64,000 nucleotides of DNA from an uncultured virus (IMG/VR IMGVR_UViG_3300019373_000295) (IMGVR_UViG_3300019373_000295), one strand, 5' to 3'. Numbered from the stretch's first letter, positions 43,859 to 53,985 are shown. Translations and numbers: made by a program. Notes: a model not told the origin generated them from the letters alone.

Positions 43859-45116
43859 CACCGTCCTGCGGCATTGCTGCGACCGCTTCCTCGTATGACA
43901 GCTTCTGTCCGTCACGGAGAACATAGGCGACCTCGGCGGTCTGCTTCTCCCGGCACCATGCGAGGTACCGTTTCACGATGACATCCACGAACTTCGGGTC
44001 AAGTTCGATGCCGCGGCAGACACGATCCGTCTCACAGCAAGCGATCAGCGTGGAGCCGGAGCCGAGGAACGGATCGAGGACGATGCCGTTTGTCATGGTG
44101 CTGTTCTTGATCGGGTACGCCATCAGCGGGATGGGCTTAGTGGTCGGATGGTCGGGGCTGCTTTTCGGCTTGTCATATTCCCAGACAGTCGTCTGCTTGC
44201 GGTCTGCATACCACTGGTGCTTGCCCTTCTGCTTCCAGCCGAACAGGCACGGCTCATGGATCCACTGATAGGGACTTCTGCCGAGGACGAGAGAATTCTT
44301 CTTCCAGATACAGCAGCCCGAAAGCTGGAATCCTGCATCTTTGAATGCCTTGCGGAAATTGAGCCCCTCGGTGTCGGCGTGCCATACATAGATGCTGCCG
44401 TCATCGGCAAGACTGTCATACATACACTTATAGGCAGAGAGCAGAAAGTTATAAAAATCGCTGTCGCTCATGTTGTCGTTCATGATCTTGCCTGCGGTCT
44501 CCTCAACGTCCACATTGTAAGGGGGATCCGTCAGGACGAGGTTTGCTTTCTGTCCGTCCATCAGCTTTGTGTATGTCTCCGTAACTGTGCTGTCACCGCA
44601 GATCACACGATGCCTGCCGAGAATCCAGATATCTCCTGATTTGGAGAAGGTCGGTTTCTGAAGCTCCTCCTCCACATCGAAGCTGTCCTCTTTGACCTGC
44701 TTATCGTGTACCTGATTGAAAAGCTGCTCGATCTCCGGCGGATCAAAGCCGGTCTTGCCAAGGTCGAAATCGCTGCTCTGAATATCCTCCAGAAGTTCAG
44801 CGAGAAGGTTCTCGTCCCATGCGCCCGTGATCTTGTTGAGCGCAATGTTCAGCGCCTTCTCACGGACCTTGTCGATGTCCACCACAGCGCACGGCACTTC
44901 CGTGTATCCGAGCGACATCGCCACGGTCAGTCGCTGATGTCCGCCGATGATCGTCATGTCGGCGTTGACAACAAGCGGGTCGGCAAAGCCGAATTCCTCG
45001 ATGCTGTTTTTGATCTTCTCGTATTCCTTATCGCCGGGCTTCAGCTTTTTTCGCGGATTATATTCCGCAGGCTTCAGCTCCGAGACAGGGATCATGCGAA
45101 GTTCTGCTGTTTTCAT
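43845..45116 (-). CDS. ParB-like N-terminal domain fused to N6/N4 DNA methyltransferase
   Basis: YNPRK..IIGGHQR; DPPY; HPTTKP; LDPFLGSGST. Confidence 0.93.
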   Translation of the reverse strand: MKTAELRMIPVSELKPAEYNPRKKLKPGDKEYEKIKNSIEEFGFADPLVVNADMTIIGGHQRLTVAMSLGYTEVPCAVVDIDKVREKALNIALNKITGAWDENLLAELLEDIQSSDFDLGKTGFDPPEIEQLFNQVHDKQVKEDSFDVEEELQKPTFSKSGDIWILGRHRVICGDSTVTETYTKLMDGQKANLVLTDPPYNVDVEETAGKIMNDNMSDSDFYNFLLSAYKCMYDSLADDGSIYVWHADTEGLNFRKAFKDAGFQLSGCCIWKKNSLVLGRSPYQWIHEPCLFGWKQKGKHQWYADRKQTTVWEYDKPKSSPDHPTTKPIPLMAYPIKNSTMTNGIVLDPFLGSGSTLIACCETDRVCRGIELDPKFVDVIVKRYLAWCREKQTAEVAYVLRDGQKLSYEEAVAAMPQDGDAVE

Positions 45117-45117
45117 C

Positions 45118-45417
45118 TCATTCCTCCCGTATATACATCTGCCGCAGCTCTGCGGCTCTTTTTGCGTTCGCATCCTTCAGTACCGTGACCTCACGGAGCG
45201 TTTCTTCACTCAGCAGCTTGCCCTTCAGCTTTTCGGCAAGCGTGCGGTATTTGCGGATACTCCGGCGGAGAGCGGCATCGGTCACAGACACGATATACGC
45301 CTTGCCGCAGTAGTCGCAGTTGAAGAAGCTGTATTCGATCTCGCCCTCACGCTGCGTTTTCGGCTCCGGCACAAAGGCACAGCCGCAGGCATCGCAGCGG
45401 ACATTCTGTTTTGTCAT
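45118..45417 (-). CDS. Small zinc-ribbon protein
   Basis: CDAC..CDYC. Confidence 0.7.
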   Translation of the reverse strand: MTKQNVRCDACGCAFVPEPKTQREGEIEYSFFNCDYCGKAYIVSVTDAALRRSIRKYRTLAEKLKGKLLSEETLREVTVLKDANAKRAAELRQMYIREE

Positions 45418-45881
45418 ATCGGTCTGCCTCCTTTGAGTCTGAGTATCCGCTGATTGCGGCTGCCGCGGAACTGAAGCGAGATATCCTTCTCCTCAAGCAG
45501 GAACGGCCCGTCCACCAGAACATCCACATACTGCAGGATCTCAGAGCCCTGCATCATCTCGTAAGTGTATCCGGAGAACAGCCAGGTGTCCGAATTCGGA
45601 CACTCCATCTTTACCCGTTTCAGAAACGGTATCAGCACACGCTCGTTTTCTTCCTCGCATGGTTCACCGCCGAGAACAGAAAGCCCCTGTATCCAAGAAG
45701 GACGCAGGGCTTCGATGATCTCATCTTCTGTTTCTTTCGTGAAGGGCTTCCCATAACTGAAATCCCATGCTTCCGGGTTGTGGCAGCCTTTGCAGTGATT
45801 CCGGCATCCGGATACAAACAGCGACACACGGACACCGTCACCGTTTGCGATATCGTTTTTATTCAGACCGCAGTAATTCAC
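45414..45881 (-). CDS. nrdG: Anaerobic ribonucleotide reductase activase (radical SAM)
   Basis: NGDGVRVSLFVSGCRNHCKGCHN; FRGSRNQR; GTG start overlapping nrdD stop. Confidence 0.93.
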   Translation of the reverse strand: MNYCGLNKNDIANGDGVRVSLFVSGCRNHCKGCHNPEAWDFSYGKPFTKETEDEIIEALRPSWIQGLSVLGGEPCEEENERVLIPFLKRVKMECPNSDTWLFSGYTYEMMQGSEILQYVDVLVDGPFLLEEKDISLQFRGSRNQRILRLKGGRPI

Positions 45882-48019
45882 AGGTGCATCACCCTGTCCT
45901 TTATTTCGGCAGTTCGCCCCTGATTCCAGAACTGCGTTCCAAGGTAACCGCAGGTGCGGCGGCATACATTCAGTGTCCGCTGATCGCAGTTGCCGCAGTT
46001 CGGGCATTCCCAGATCAGCTTGCCGTCCTCCTCGGTGATCTGTATCTCACCGTCATAGCCGCAGGCCTGACAGTAATCGGATTTCGTGTTCAGCTCGGCA
46101 TACAGGATCGTTTCATAGATATGCCGCATCAGCGCCAGCACCGCAGGGATGTTGTTCTGCAGATTCGGTACTTCCACATAGGAGATCGCTCCACCCGGAG
46201 AAAGCGCCTGGAATTCAGCCTCAAAGGTCAGCTTTGAAAACGCATCGATCGGCTCGGTGACATGAACATGATAGCTATTGGTGATATAGCTCTTGTCCGT
46301 CACATGAGGAATGATGCCGTGCCTGCGCTGGAGGCACTGAGCGAATTTATAGGTGACGCTCTCCATCGGCGTTCCGTACAATGAGAAGCTGATGTTTGTC
46401 TCGGTTCTCCATTTGCTGCATTTGTCGTTCAGGAATCGCATGACCTTCAGTGCAAATATTTTTCCGTCCGGCTCTGTATGCGAACAGCCTGTCATCCGGT
46501 AGGTCATTTCCGCAATGCCAGCATAGCCGAGGGAGATGGTGCTGTAATTGTTATACAGCAGGTTGTCAATGACCTCGCCATCCTTCAGCCTTGCCAGTGC
46601 GCCGTTCTGCCAGAGGATCGGTGCAACATCGGACGGCGTTCCTTTCAGGCGGTCGTGCCTGCACATGAGAGCCTTACGGCACAGTTCGCAGCGTTCATTC
46701 AGAAGCTGCCAGAACTTATTCTTGTCACCGCCTGCGCTGCAAGCGACATCCACAAGGTTGATGGTTACAACACCCTGATTGAAACGCCCGTAATACTTGT
46801 GACCGTCCGAAGGCGTGAGAAAACTTCGACAGCCCATGCAGGCATACACATCGCCCTTCAGCTGTTTCATCACCTTGGCGGAGATATAGTCGGGAACAAT
46901 GCGCTTTGCCGTACACTTGGCGGCAAGCTCAGTCAGGTAGTAATATTTTGTTCCGAGTTGGATATTGTCTTCATCGAGAACATAGATCAGTTTCGGGAAT
47001 GCCGGTGTGATCCAGACACCCTTTTCGTTTTTCACACCTTCGATACGCTGAAGCAGCGTTTCTTCGATGATGAGCGCTAGGTCATCTCTGGTCTGTCCTT
47101 CCGGCACTTCGTCCAGATACATGAACACCGTTACGAACGGTGTCTGCCCGTTGGTGGTGAGCAGTGTATTGATCTGGTACTGAATGGTCTGCACGCCGCG
47201 TTTGACTTCCCGGCGTACTCGCTTCTCAACGATGTGGCTGATCTCATCTTCAGACAATTTGCAGCCGCAGTCGCAGTTCACATCCTCAAATACTTCAGCT
47301 CGTATCTTCTGCCTGCTGACATCCACGAAAGGCGCAAGGTGTGCAAGACTGATCGTCTGACCGCCGTACTGATTCGATGCGACCTGTGCAATGATCTGTG
47401 TTGCGATATTGCAGGCGGTCGAAAAGCTGTGCGGCTTTTCGATCATTGTACCGGAAACCACCGTACCGTTCTGCAGCATATCCGCCAGATTCACCAGACA
47501 GCAGTTGTGCATCGGCTCTGCGATATAGTCGAGATCGTGAACATGGATGATACCCTCATCATGCGCGGCGATCACATCTGCCGGGAACAAGAAGCGCCGA
47601 CAGATGTCTCTGCTGACTTCGCCTGCCATATAGTCCCGGAGCGTGCTGTTGATGATCGGGTTCTTGTTGGCGTTCTCCTGTTTTGCCTCCTCATTGTTGC
47701 GTTCGAGCAGGCTCAGGATCTTGCCGTCTGTGGTGTTCATTCTGCGCTGATGTTCATGCAGGAGACGATACTCGCTGTAATGCCGTGCAAGTTTGTACGC
47801 TTCGGCCTTGTCCAGTTCATCGAGAACCATGTCCTGGACTTCTTCGACATGGACAGGTCTTGCAAGGGTGCTGCAGCGTTTTTCTACATTACCGACAATG
47901 AATCCGATCACGGTATCGCTGATCTTGTCATCGACCTCTGCGTTTGCAGCTGTGATCGCTGCTTTTATCTTTTCGCAGTCGTAGGGAACCTCACACCCGT
48001 TTCGTTTGATGATCTTCAT
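45878..48019 (-). CDS. nrdD: Anaerobic (class III) ribonucleoside-triphosphate reductase
   Basis: ATP cone, HNCCL, MGCRS, CxxC pairs, RRTCGYLG glycyl-radical loop. Confidence 0.96.
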   Translation of the reverse strand: MKIIKRNGCEVPYDCEKIKAAITAANAEVDDKISDTVIGFIVGNVEKRCSTLARPVHVEEVQDMVLDELDKAEAYKLARHYSEYRLLHEHQRRMNTTDGKILSLLERNNEEAKQENANKNPIINSTLRDYMAGEVSRDICRRFLFPADVIAAHDEGIIHVHDLDYIAEPMHNCCLVNLADMLQNGTVVSGTMIEKPHSFSTACNIATQIIAQVASNQYGGQTISLAHLAPFVDVSRQKIRAEVFEDVNCDCGCKLSEDEISHIVEKRVRREVKRGVQTIQYQINTLLTTNGQTPFVTVFMYLDEVPEGQTRDDLALIIEETLLQRIEGVKNEKGVWITPAFPKLIYVLDEDNIQLGTKYYYLTELAAKCTAKRIVPDYISAKVMKQLKGDVYACMGCRSFLTPSDGHKYYGRFNQGVVTINLVDVACSAGGDKNKFWQLLNERCELCRKALMCRHDRLKGTPSDVAPILWQNGALARLKDGEVIDNLLYNNYSTISLGYAGIAEMTYRMTGCSHTEPDGKIFALKVMRFLNDKCSKWRTETNISFSLYGTPMESVTYKFAQCLQRRHGIIPHVTDKSYITNSYHVHVTEPIDAFSKLTFEAEFQALSPGGAISYVEVPNLQNNIPAVLALMRHIYETILYAELNTKSDYCQACGYDGEIQITEEDGKLIWECPNCGNCDQRTLNVCRRTCGYLGTQFWNQGRTAEIKDRVMHL

Positions 48020-48200
48020 GTCCCGTCACCCTCGCTCTCTTTTCCTTGTCCTCCTGCATCGGACAGCCGCCGTCATACGGACAGCGTTTGCAGTTGTGGT
48101 AGTGGCACTTGCCGTCATGCTTTATGATCGAACTGATCCATATTGCGTGGATCAAGATAATGATCATCATGTAGGTAAGGCTCAGAATCGCTATCAGCAT
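47991..48200 (-). CDS. Small membrane-anchored Cys-rich protein
   Basis: N-terminal TM helix, C..C..CP....C; GGAGG RBS. Confidence 0.55.
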   Translation of the reverse strand: MLIAILSLTYMMIIILIHAIWISSIIKHDGKCHYHNCKRCPYDGGCPMQEDKEKRARVTGHEDHQTKRV

Positions 48201-48204
48201 AATA

Positions 48205-48504
48205 TTAATCCTCCATTTCTTTTTTCATAAGGCAATATCGTGTACGGCATCGTCCGGAGCAGAAGCGTTTCCGCCTGCCTGTTTTCGGCTGTATAAGTTT
48301 TGCACCGCATATAGGACAGCGTCCGTTCTGCTCACACCAGATCGGATAGTTCAGCCGCGTCAGTTCGCCGGGACCGGCAAGACCGTGCGCTTTACAAAAA
48401 AGCTGGACTTGATTGATCTTCAAGCCCAGCTCCTTCGCGATCAGCCTGTAACCGATGCCATGCATCCGCATTGCCCTGATCTGTTCTTTCTGCGTTTCCG
48501 TCAT
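48205..48504 (-). CDS. HTH plus zinc-finger protein
   Basis: GIGYRLIAKELGL; CPICG..FCSGRC. Confidence 0.8.
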   Translation of the reverse strand: MTETQKEQIRAMRMHGIGYRLIAKELGLKINQVQLFCKAHGLAGPGELTRLNYPIWCEQNGRCPICGAKLIQPKTGRRKRFCSGRCRTRYCLMKKEMED

Positions 48505-48789
48505 ATGTTATCACCTCGGAATCGCCGTCGTTTCGCAGTTTACGATATCCACACGGGCTCCGCCAAGACCGCATGATCAAAATGCGGTTTGGTGATAAAA
48601 ACGTGCTGTTTTCACCTTGTTTTGCGTGAAAAACCGCCGTTTTCCTATCCGCTTTTTAACGAAACACCGTATGTATACCGCTGCCGCAGTTTGATACGGC
48701 AAAAATCAGGGAAGCACGGAATTACAAGATTTCCGCAGCGTTTCCCGTGACTTATTGTCGTTTGTAATCTGGCACTATCTGGGTCCCAA

Positions 48790-48930
48790 TAGACCGGGGG
48801 CCCTGCAATTTCGCGTTTTTTCACACGAGAGGGGCCGACGGTCTTCTGTTCGGTATCCCGCAGAGATTCCGACCCGCCCCCCGGGGCAGCCCCCAGTCCC
48901 CGGCCCCGCCCCGTAGATTCCCCCCTGAGT
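48790..48930. other. Probable cos (packaging/cleavage) region
   Basis: G-tract followed by GGGTCGGAATCTCT..GACCG..CCCCTCTCGTGTGAAAAAACGCGAAATT directly after the HNH gene, the usual arrangement in HK97-like cos phages. Confidence 0.6.
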
Positions 48931-48935
48931 CGCAG

Positions 48936-49295
48936 TCAATACTTGTACTCAGGGGTGTGATCCTCATTCCGTGTCTTGATACTGTGGTGTCGGTGACAGA
49001 GGCTCTGCCAGTTGCTCTGATCCCAGAAGAGAACGCTGTCTCCTCGGTGCGGTTTGATGTGATCCACATCGGTCGCCTTGACGTAGCGGCCTTGCTTCAT
49101 GCACTCCACACACAGCGGATGTGTCTCAAGGTAACGCTTGCGGGCTCTGTTCCATGCCGTTCCATAGCCTCGGCTGCCTGCGGAGCGTGTTTCCTCCGGG
49201 TGGAGGGCTCGGTGCTTGTCACAGTACTTCGTACCGTAGAGAACGAGCGCTGCACAGCCGGGATGCCGGCACGGTGTGTTCGGTCTGCTTGGCAT
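48936..49295 (-). CDS. Terminase-associated HNH endonuclease
   Basis: CRHPGC..HPLCVEC..VDHIKPH..NWQSLC..HH..KT. Confidence 0.92.
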   Translation of the reverse strand: MPSRPNTPCRHPGCAALVLYGTKYCDKHRALHPEETRSAGSRGYGTAWNRARKRYLETHPLCVECMKQGRYVKATDVDHIKPHRGDSVLFWDQSNWQSLCHRHHSIKTRNEDHTPEYKY

Positions 49296-49396
49296 GATCT
49301 CTGCCTCCCTTCTCCGGAGCAGTTATTTTCATTGTGATAGGGGCGGTCAGTCCCGCTTGGTTGATCGTAGGTTTGTGACCGGTCTGAACAACGCCC

Positions 49397-49434
49397 CTCA
49401 TATACTGTCGTGGGAGAGGCGATTTGTAAGGGGT
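49397..49434 (-). promoter_or_regulatory. 38-bp element (copy 1), candidate phage-sigma promoter of late operon
   Basis: 37/38 identical to 61942-61979. Confidence 0.7.
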
Positions 49435-49459
49435 GCAATAAAAATATTTTTGAGTTTTT

Positions 49460-50554
49460 TTATTTCTCCCACGGAAGCCCCTGCTTTCCGAAGTGCCCGT
49501 AGGCAGAAACCTTGTTGTAATCCACATCCAACAGACCGAGAGTTTCGATGATGCCTCTCGGTGTGAGGTCGTAGTTCTCACGGACGTACTGGTTGATAAA
49601 CTCCGCATCCTGATGCTCTGTTCCGAAGGTCTCCACATACACGGACACAGGCTCGGCCACACCGATGGCATATGCGATCTGCACCTCTGCTTTATCCGCA
49701 TATCCGGCGCTGACGATATCCCGTGCAATTTTTCTCGCTGCATACGCACCGCTGCGGTCAACCTTGGACGGATCCTTGCCGGACATCGCACCGCCGCCGA
49801 TGTGTCCGATGCCGCCGTAGGTATCGCAGGCGAGTTTGCGTCCGGTCACACCGCAGTCTGCAAAAGAGCTGCCGAGAACGAATCTGCCGGTCGGATTGAT
49901 CAGTTTCTCAAAGTCAGTATTCAGTCCGTACTCTGTCGCTGTTCTCACCATTAGCTTTTCAATGATCGGTCTGAAATCCTCAACATCCACATCGCGGATA
50001 TGCTGTACCGAACAGAGGAAGGTCGTGATCCTTCCGCTGTCGTAGTCGAAGCTGACCTGCGCCTTGGCATCGGCTTTCAGCATACGGCAGGGGTACGCTT
50101 TCAGCAATACCAGAAATCTGGTTGCGATCACATACGGGATCGGGAGCAGTTCCGGCGTTTCATTGGTCGCATAGCCGTACATCATACCCTGATCGCCTGC
50201 GCCGCCGATATTCACACCGAGGGCAATGTCACTGCTCTGGTGATCGACCAGAATCGCAATGTCCAGTTCATCGGCGGAGAAGTCCAGCTTGTAGTCCAGT
50301 CCGGCATCGCTGTTCTCCGCGCCACCGTTGTTGATGCGGTCGAACACATCCTGCACGAGCTTTTCGTAATCCGGCTCGTGAGTGCTTGTCAGCTCACCGG
50401 CGATGACAAGACAGCGGTTCTTGAAAAGACACTCAATCGCAACACGGCTGCTGCGGTCATGCTGCAAGCAGTCAGTCACGATGGCATCTGAGATCTGGTC
50501 ACAGATCTTGTCGGGGTGTCCTGCGGATACCTGTTCTGAAGTAATAATTCTCAT
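49460..50554 (-). CDS. metK: S-adenosylmethionine synthetase
   Basis: GHPDKICDQISD, GAGDQG, GGGAMSGKDPSKVDRS. Confidence 0.95.
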   Translation of the reverse strand: MRIITSEQVSAGHPDKICDQISDAIVTDCLQHDRSSRVAIECLFKNRCLVIAGELTSTHEPDYEKLVQDVFDRINNGGAENSDAGLDYKLDFSADELDIAILVDHQSSDIALGVNIGGAGDQGMMYGYATNETPELLPIPYVIATRFLVLLKAYPCRMLKADAKAQVSFDYDSGRITTFLCSVQHIRDVDVEDFRPIIEKLMVRTATEYGLNTDFEKLINPTGRFVLGSSFADCGVTGRKLACDTYGGIGHIGGGAMSGKDPSKVDRSGAYAARKIARDIVSAGYADKAEVQIAYAIGVAEPVSVYVETFGTEHQDAEFINQYVRENYDLTPRGIIETLGLLDVDYNKVSAYGHFGKQGLPWEK

Positions 50555-50555
50555 T

Positions 50556-50747
50556 TTATTTTTCCTCCTGATCATTTTTCTCAAATACGCACAAGAGCGT
50601 ACAAAAATCGCCGGATACATCAAGCACGGTTGTTTGTGTCAGTCTCATACCGGGCATTTCGGCAAGTGCATCGTTGATCATCATATCGATGGTTCTGCCA
50701 CATTCCTTGTTTTCCATAGCTCCCAGAAATACTCGTGATGTTTGCAT
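50556..50747 (-). CDS. Small hypothetical protein
   Basis: 63 aa, AGGAGG RBS, abuts metK. Confidence 0.6.
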   Translation of the reverse strand: MQTSRVFLGAMENKECGRTIDMMINDALAEMPGMRLTQTTVLDVSGDFCTLLCVFEKNDQEEK

Positions 50748-50849
50748 AGTCTTTTCCTCCTGAATTCTATTTTTGGGTCTGTCTCTCACGGATCTGTACC
50801 CCGTGCTTTGCAATACACAAAAGCTGTCAACGGCCGTTTTCGCAAAGAT

Positions 50850-50980
50850 CTTATTCTCTTAAAGTCTTAAAGTGTAATATATATGTTGCTAATGTTGCAG
50901 TAGTTTTCTATTATAATAATAAATACACAATAAACATATATAGAGTAACCGATTCTATCTGCAACACCAGCAACACGAAT
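50850..50980. other. Candidate phage replication origin
   Basis: AT-rich core flanked by 17-bp inverted repeat (15/17) just downstream of primase-helicase. Confidence 0.5.
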
Positions 50981-51037
50981 AGGCGTAAGCAACGTAAATG
51001 CGGACAAAACGCATATATTTACAGCACATCACACCTT

Positions 51038-53509
51038 TTACTCTGTTTCACTGATGGGTACGAAGTCATCTTCCGGTTCTTCGCCGACAACCCATATGAT
51101 ATCATTGACCATAGTGGTAGTGCAGGCACCTTCTTCATCTCTGGGTCTCCTGCGCTGATACACAAAGCCGGCCTGTTCCATCTTTTTGCGGAAATTGGCA
51201 GCGTTTTCGTACTTGAAGCCGTTTTCGGCGCACCAGTCCTTGTAACGGCTATAAACTGCCTGCGCTCTCAGTTCCTGCCCGATTTCCTTCTTCACACATT
51301 GAGAAGTGAACATCATAATACGATCAGACTGCTGACGATATTCCTTTGTTGCATTCTCAACAGAGTCAGGCATATCCAGACCTTCTGTCATATACAGACG
51401 AAAGCCCTCAAGACACCAGTTCAGTATACCGGATAAATTTTCGCTTCTGGCAAAGAACGACTTTAGGTCGATGTCACGTTCTTCAGCGGTGAAGTGGCGG
51501 TTGAACGGGATTATCTTGATACGGTCAGATTCAAACAGCGTCATATCCGAGATCTGCGGCAGATGGTTGGTATCAATAAACAGCTTGAACTGCGGTTTGA
51601 ACTCGAAGGAATTCTCACGCAGGAAACGGGCGGTCAGGATATTGTTACCGGTCATCTGCTTGGTAAGGGATGCATCGATCTGCATGGACTTTTCCGGCTC
51701 AGAGACATTGACCATTCTTGCGCCGTTCAGACGCGCCACATCCTCGGACGGCCCGGAGGAATCCGCAAAGCCTTTCTTACTGAGCATATCCGGCTTTGCC
51801 GTTCTGCCGTACTCACCGAGAATGCGGAGAATGGTTTCCATTGTGGTACCCTTGCCGTTACGGGAAGTAGCACCGTAGAGAATGAACATACATTCAAGTC
51901 TTGTGTCACCCGACATTGCATAGCCGATTGCTTTCTGAAGATACCTGATTCTTCCCTTGTCGCCCTCCATGACCTCGTCCATAAAAGACAGCCATCGGTC
52001 ACAGACGGCATCCGGCACATAGTCAACTTCGGTCATCTTTGTGAGCATATCTGCCGGATCATGTGCTTTGAACTCGCCGGTGAGAAGATTGATCGTTCCG
52101 TTGTGGCAGTTAAAGAGAAATTTGTCACGATCAAAGGCAGACATATCAACTGTGACTGCCGGATCGGAAGCGGCGTCCTTTACCATGAGGTCACGGTATT
52201 TACGCTGATCCAGTTTCTGCACACGTTCAAGGAATCGTTTTCTGGTATCCTCCGATATAATTCTTGGAACGAAAGCAAGCAGCGTATCACGGAAGTCTTT
52301 TGCCATTTCAGCAATCTTGATGTCATGCTGATCGGGACGCCAGACACGGCCGTCATAAATATACCAACGGCCTCTTGTATCGTTCATCAGGATAATGCTG
52401 CGGAAGAAATCCACAAACATTCTGCCATTGCCGATCTGGAAGGATTCATAGCGGGGATTGGTATGCGGTGAAAGCTCATCGACCGTTGTAGAGAGAAAAC
52501 GGTAATCAGGTGTAAAGGTGTATCCCTCTCGCTCCCTGCGATCACGCTCTTCCTGAATCGTGCTTGCATCGAGATCTGTAAAGTCGAGAAGAACATCGTC
52601 CTCATCAGGCAAGCCGCTAACAGGACGATAGATCTCAGAGCATGAGGATACAGCGTTCCGGATCGTGATCTCGCCATAGGTTGCATCGCCGGTTCGTCTG
52701 TCCCATTTGTCACGCATCAAGCCGCTGCTGCGGAAGATACGGTCGATTTGTTCTTCTACGCAGCCGCACCAAAAGCAGAGCATAGACACAAACGCCATGT
52801 CTGCATCTGACTGAGAGTCGTATCCTTCCTCCCATCTGCCGTCATAGAGAGCCTTGAACTTATCACCGGATTTGGATTCCGATGCGTGTTTAATGACCTG
52901 TTCATCCGTGAAATATGACACAGGATTGCCTTTGAAAGCGGATGCGGCGCGGGTGCTGCGCTTCATGAACGTATCAAGAGCCGTTTTGAGCGCATCATCG
53001 TCACGTTCTACAGTTCCTTCCCGGAACATATCTCCGGTCACAGTGACAAAGCGGTTAGTCGTTCCCGGCAGATAGACCTCCAGACCGTGCTTGCGGTTGT
53101 TGATGTAGTACACGGTCTTGTCATAAGCAAAGTCAGGAGAGAGCTTGAAAAAGCCGCGCAGTCCCGTGCCGGAGGGAGAACGTTCAAAATAAGCAGTTGA
53201 GAAGATACCGAGAATGGAAGCCGCCACATCGTTCAGGCTTCCGTCCTCACGGATACAGTGGTCAATATCAATGGCACCGATGCCCTCGCTGACACGATAA
53301 CCGATGCCGTCCCAGCCACCGATCGCATATGCCTTCATAGCGGTCTTGAAGTCGGCGAAGGTGGACGGATCGTTGGTCTTTGCCATTGCTCCGGTCTTCG
53401 GGTTGTACGGCACCTTAGTCGGTCTGCCACTGCGCTTCTCAAGCTTCCATACGCAGAAGGATGCATTGTGTTTCAGTGCATCCGGGATATTTACAAAATT
53501 TACAGGCAT
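51038..53509 (-). CDS. Primase-polymerase / SF3 (D5/P4-type) helicase
   Basis: IDIDHC, SPSGTG, SGLMRDKW; RNGKGT Walker A; KLFIDTNHLP. Confidence 0.92.
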   Translation of the reverse strand: MPVNFVNIPDALKHNASFCVWKLEKRSGRPTKVPYNPKTGAMAKTNDPSTFADFKTAMKAYAIGGWDGIGYRVSEGIGAIDIDHCIREDGSLNDVAASILGIFSTAYFERSPSGTGLRGFFKLSPDFAYDKTVYYINNRKHGLEVYLPGTTNRFVTVTGDMFREGTVERDDDALKTALDTFMKRSTRAASAFKGNPVSYFTDEQVIKHASESKSGDKFKALYDGRWEEGYDSQSDADMAFVSMLCFWCGCVEEQIDRIFRSSGLMRDKWDRRTGDATYGEITIRNAVSSCSEIYRPVSGLPDEDDVLLDFTDLDASTIQEERDRREREGYTFTPDYRFLSTTVDELSPHTNPRYESFQIGNGRMFVDFFRSIILMNDTRGRWYIYDGRVWRPDQHDIKIAEMAKDFRDTLLAFVPRIISEDTRKRFLERVQKLDQRKYRDLMVKDAASDPAVTVDMSAFDRDKFLFNCHNGTINLLTGEFKAHDPADMLTKMTEVDYVPDAVCDRWLSFMDEVMEGDKGRIRYLQKAIGYAMSGDTRLECMFILYGATSRNGKGTTMETILRILGEYGRTAKPDMLSKKGFADSSGPSEDVARLNGARMVNVSEPEKSMQIDASLTKQMTGNNILTARFLRENSFEFKPQFKLFIDTNHLPQISDMTLFESDRIKIIPFNRHFTAEERDIDLKSFFARSENLSGILNWCLEGFRLYMTEGLDMPDSVENATKEYRQQSDRIMMFTSQCVKKEIGQELRAQAVYSRYKDWCAENGFKYENAANFRKKMEQAGFVYQRRRPRDEEGACTTTMVNDIIWVVGEEPEDDFVPISETE

Positions 53510-53985
53510 TCGGGATGTCTCCTTTCAAGGAAAAGCTGTGCAATGACAGCGGTTTCAATACGGTTCATCGCATCGGCATCCGAGATATGCCCTGCATAGC
53601 TGCGGAGCGCATGCTTGCTGACAGTCGTAAGCTGCTCCGCAAGGATCATGGACGGATCCAGATGCTGATGAATATCGGAAATACTGTCGGGGAACAGATG
53701 CGTATGGCACGGCAGCTCCGGCTTTTTCAAGTGCCGCGTCATGGGAATGATATTGACCGTGTCGGCGTGCGCATTGCCCATATCATTCGAGAGAATGATC
53801 ACAGGACGAATGCCGCCCTGCACGCTGGAATCCGGATGACTGCCGAGATCCGCAAACCAGATGTCGCCGCGCTGCGGTTTGTGTTCAGCTGTGTGATGCT
53901 GCACCGGCGCAGTGATATATTTTCTCGGATCGAAACCGAGCCCTCTGTGGTATTCTGTTTTCAGGCGTTTGTTCTTACGCGCCAT
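53500..53985 (-). CDS. PemK/MazF-family endoribonuclease, no adjacent antitoxin
   Basis: RGDIWFADLG..QGGIRPVIILSND.GN..ILAEQLTTVSK. Confidence 0.88.
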   Translation of the reverse strand: MARKNKRLKTEYHRGLGFDPRKYITAPVQHHTAEHKPQRGDIWFADLGSHPDSSVQGGIRPVIILSNDMGNAHADTVNIIPMTRHLKKPELPCHTHLFPDSISDIHQHLDPSMILAEQLTTVSKHALRSYAGHISDADAMNRIETAVIAQLFLERRHPECL

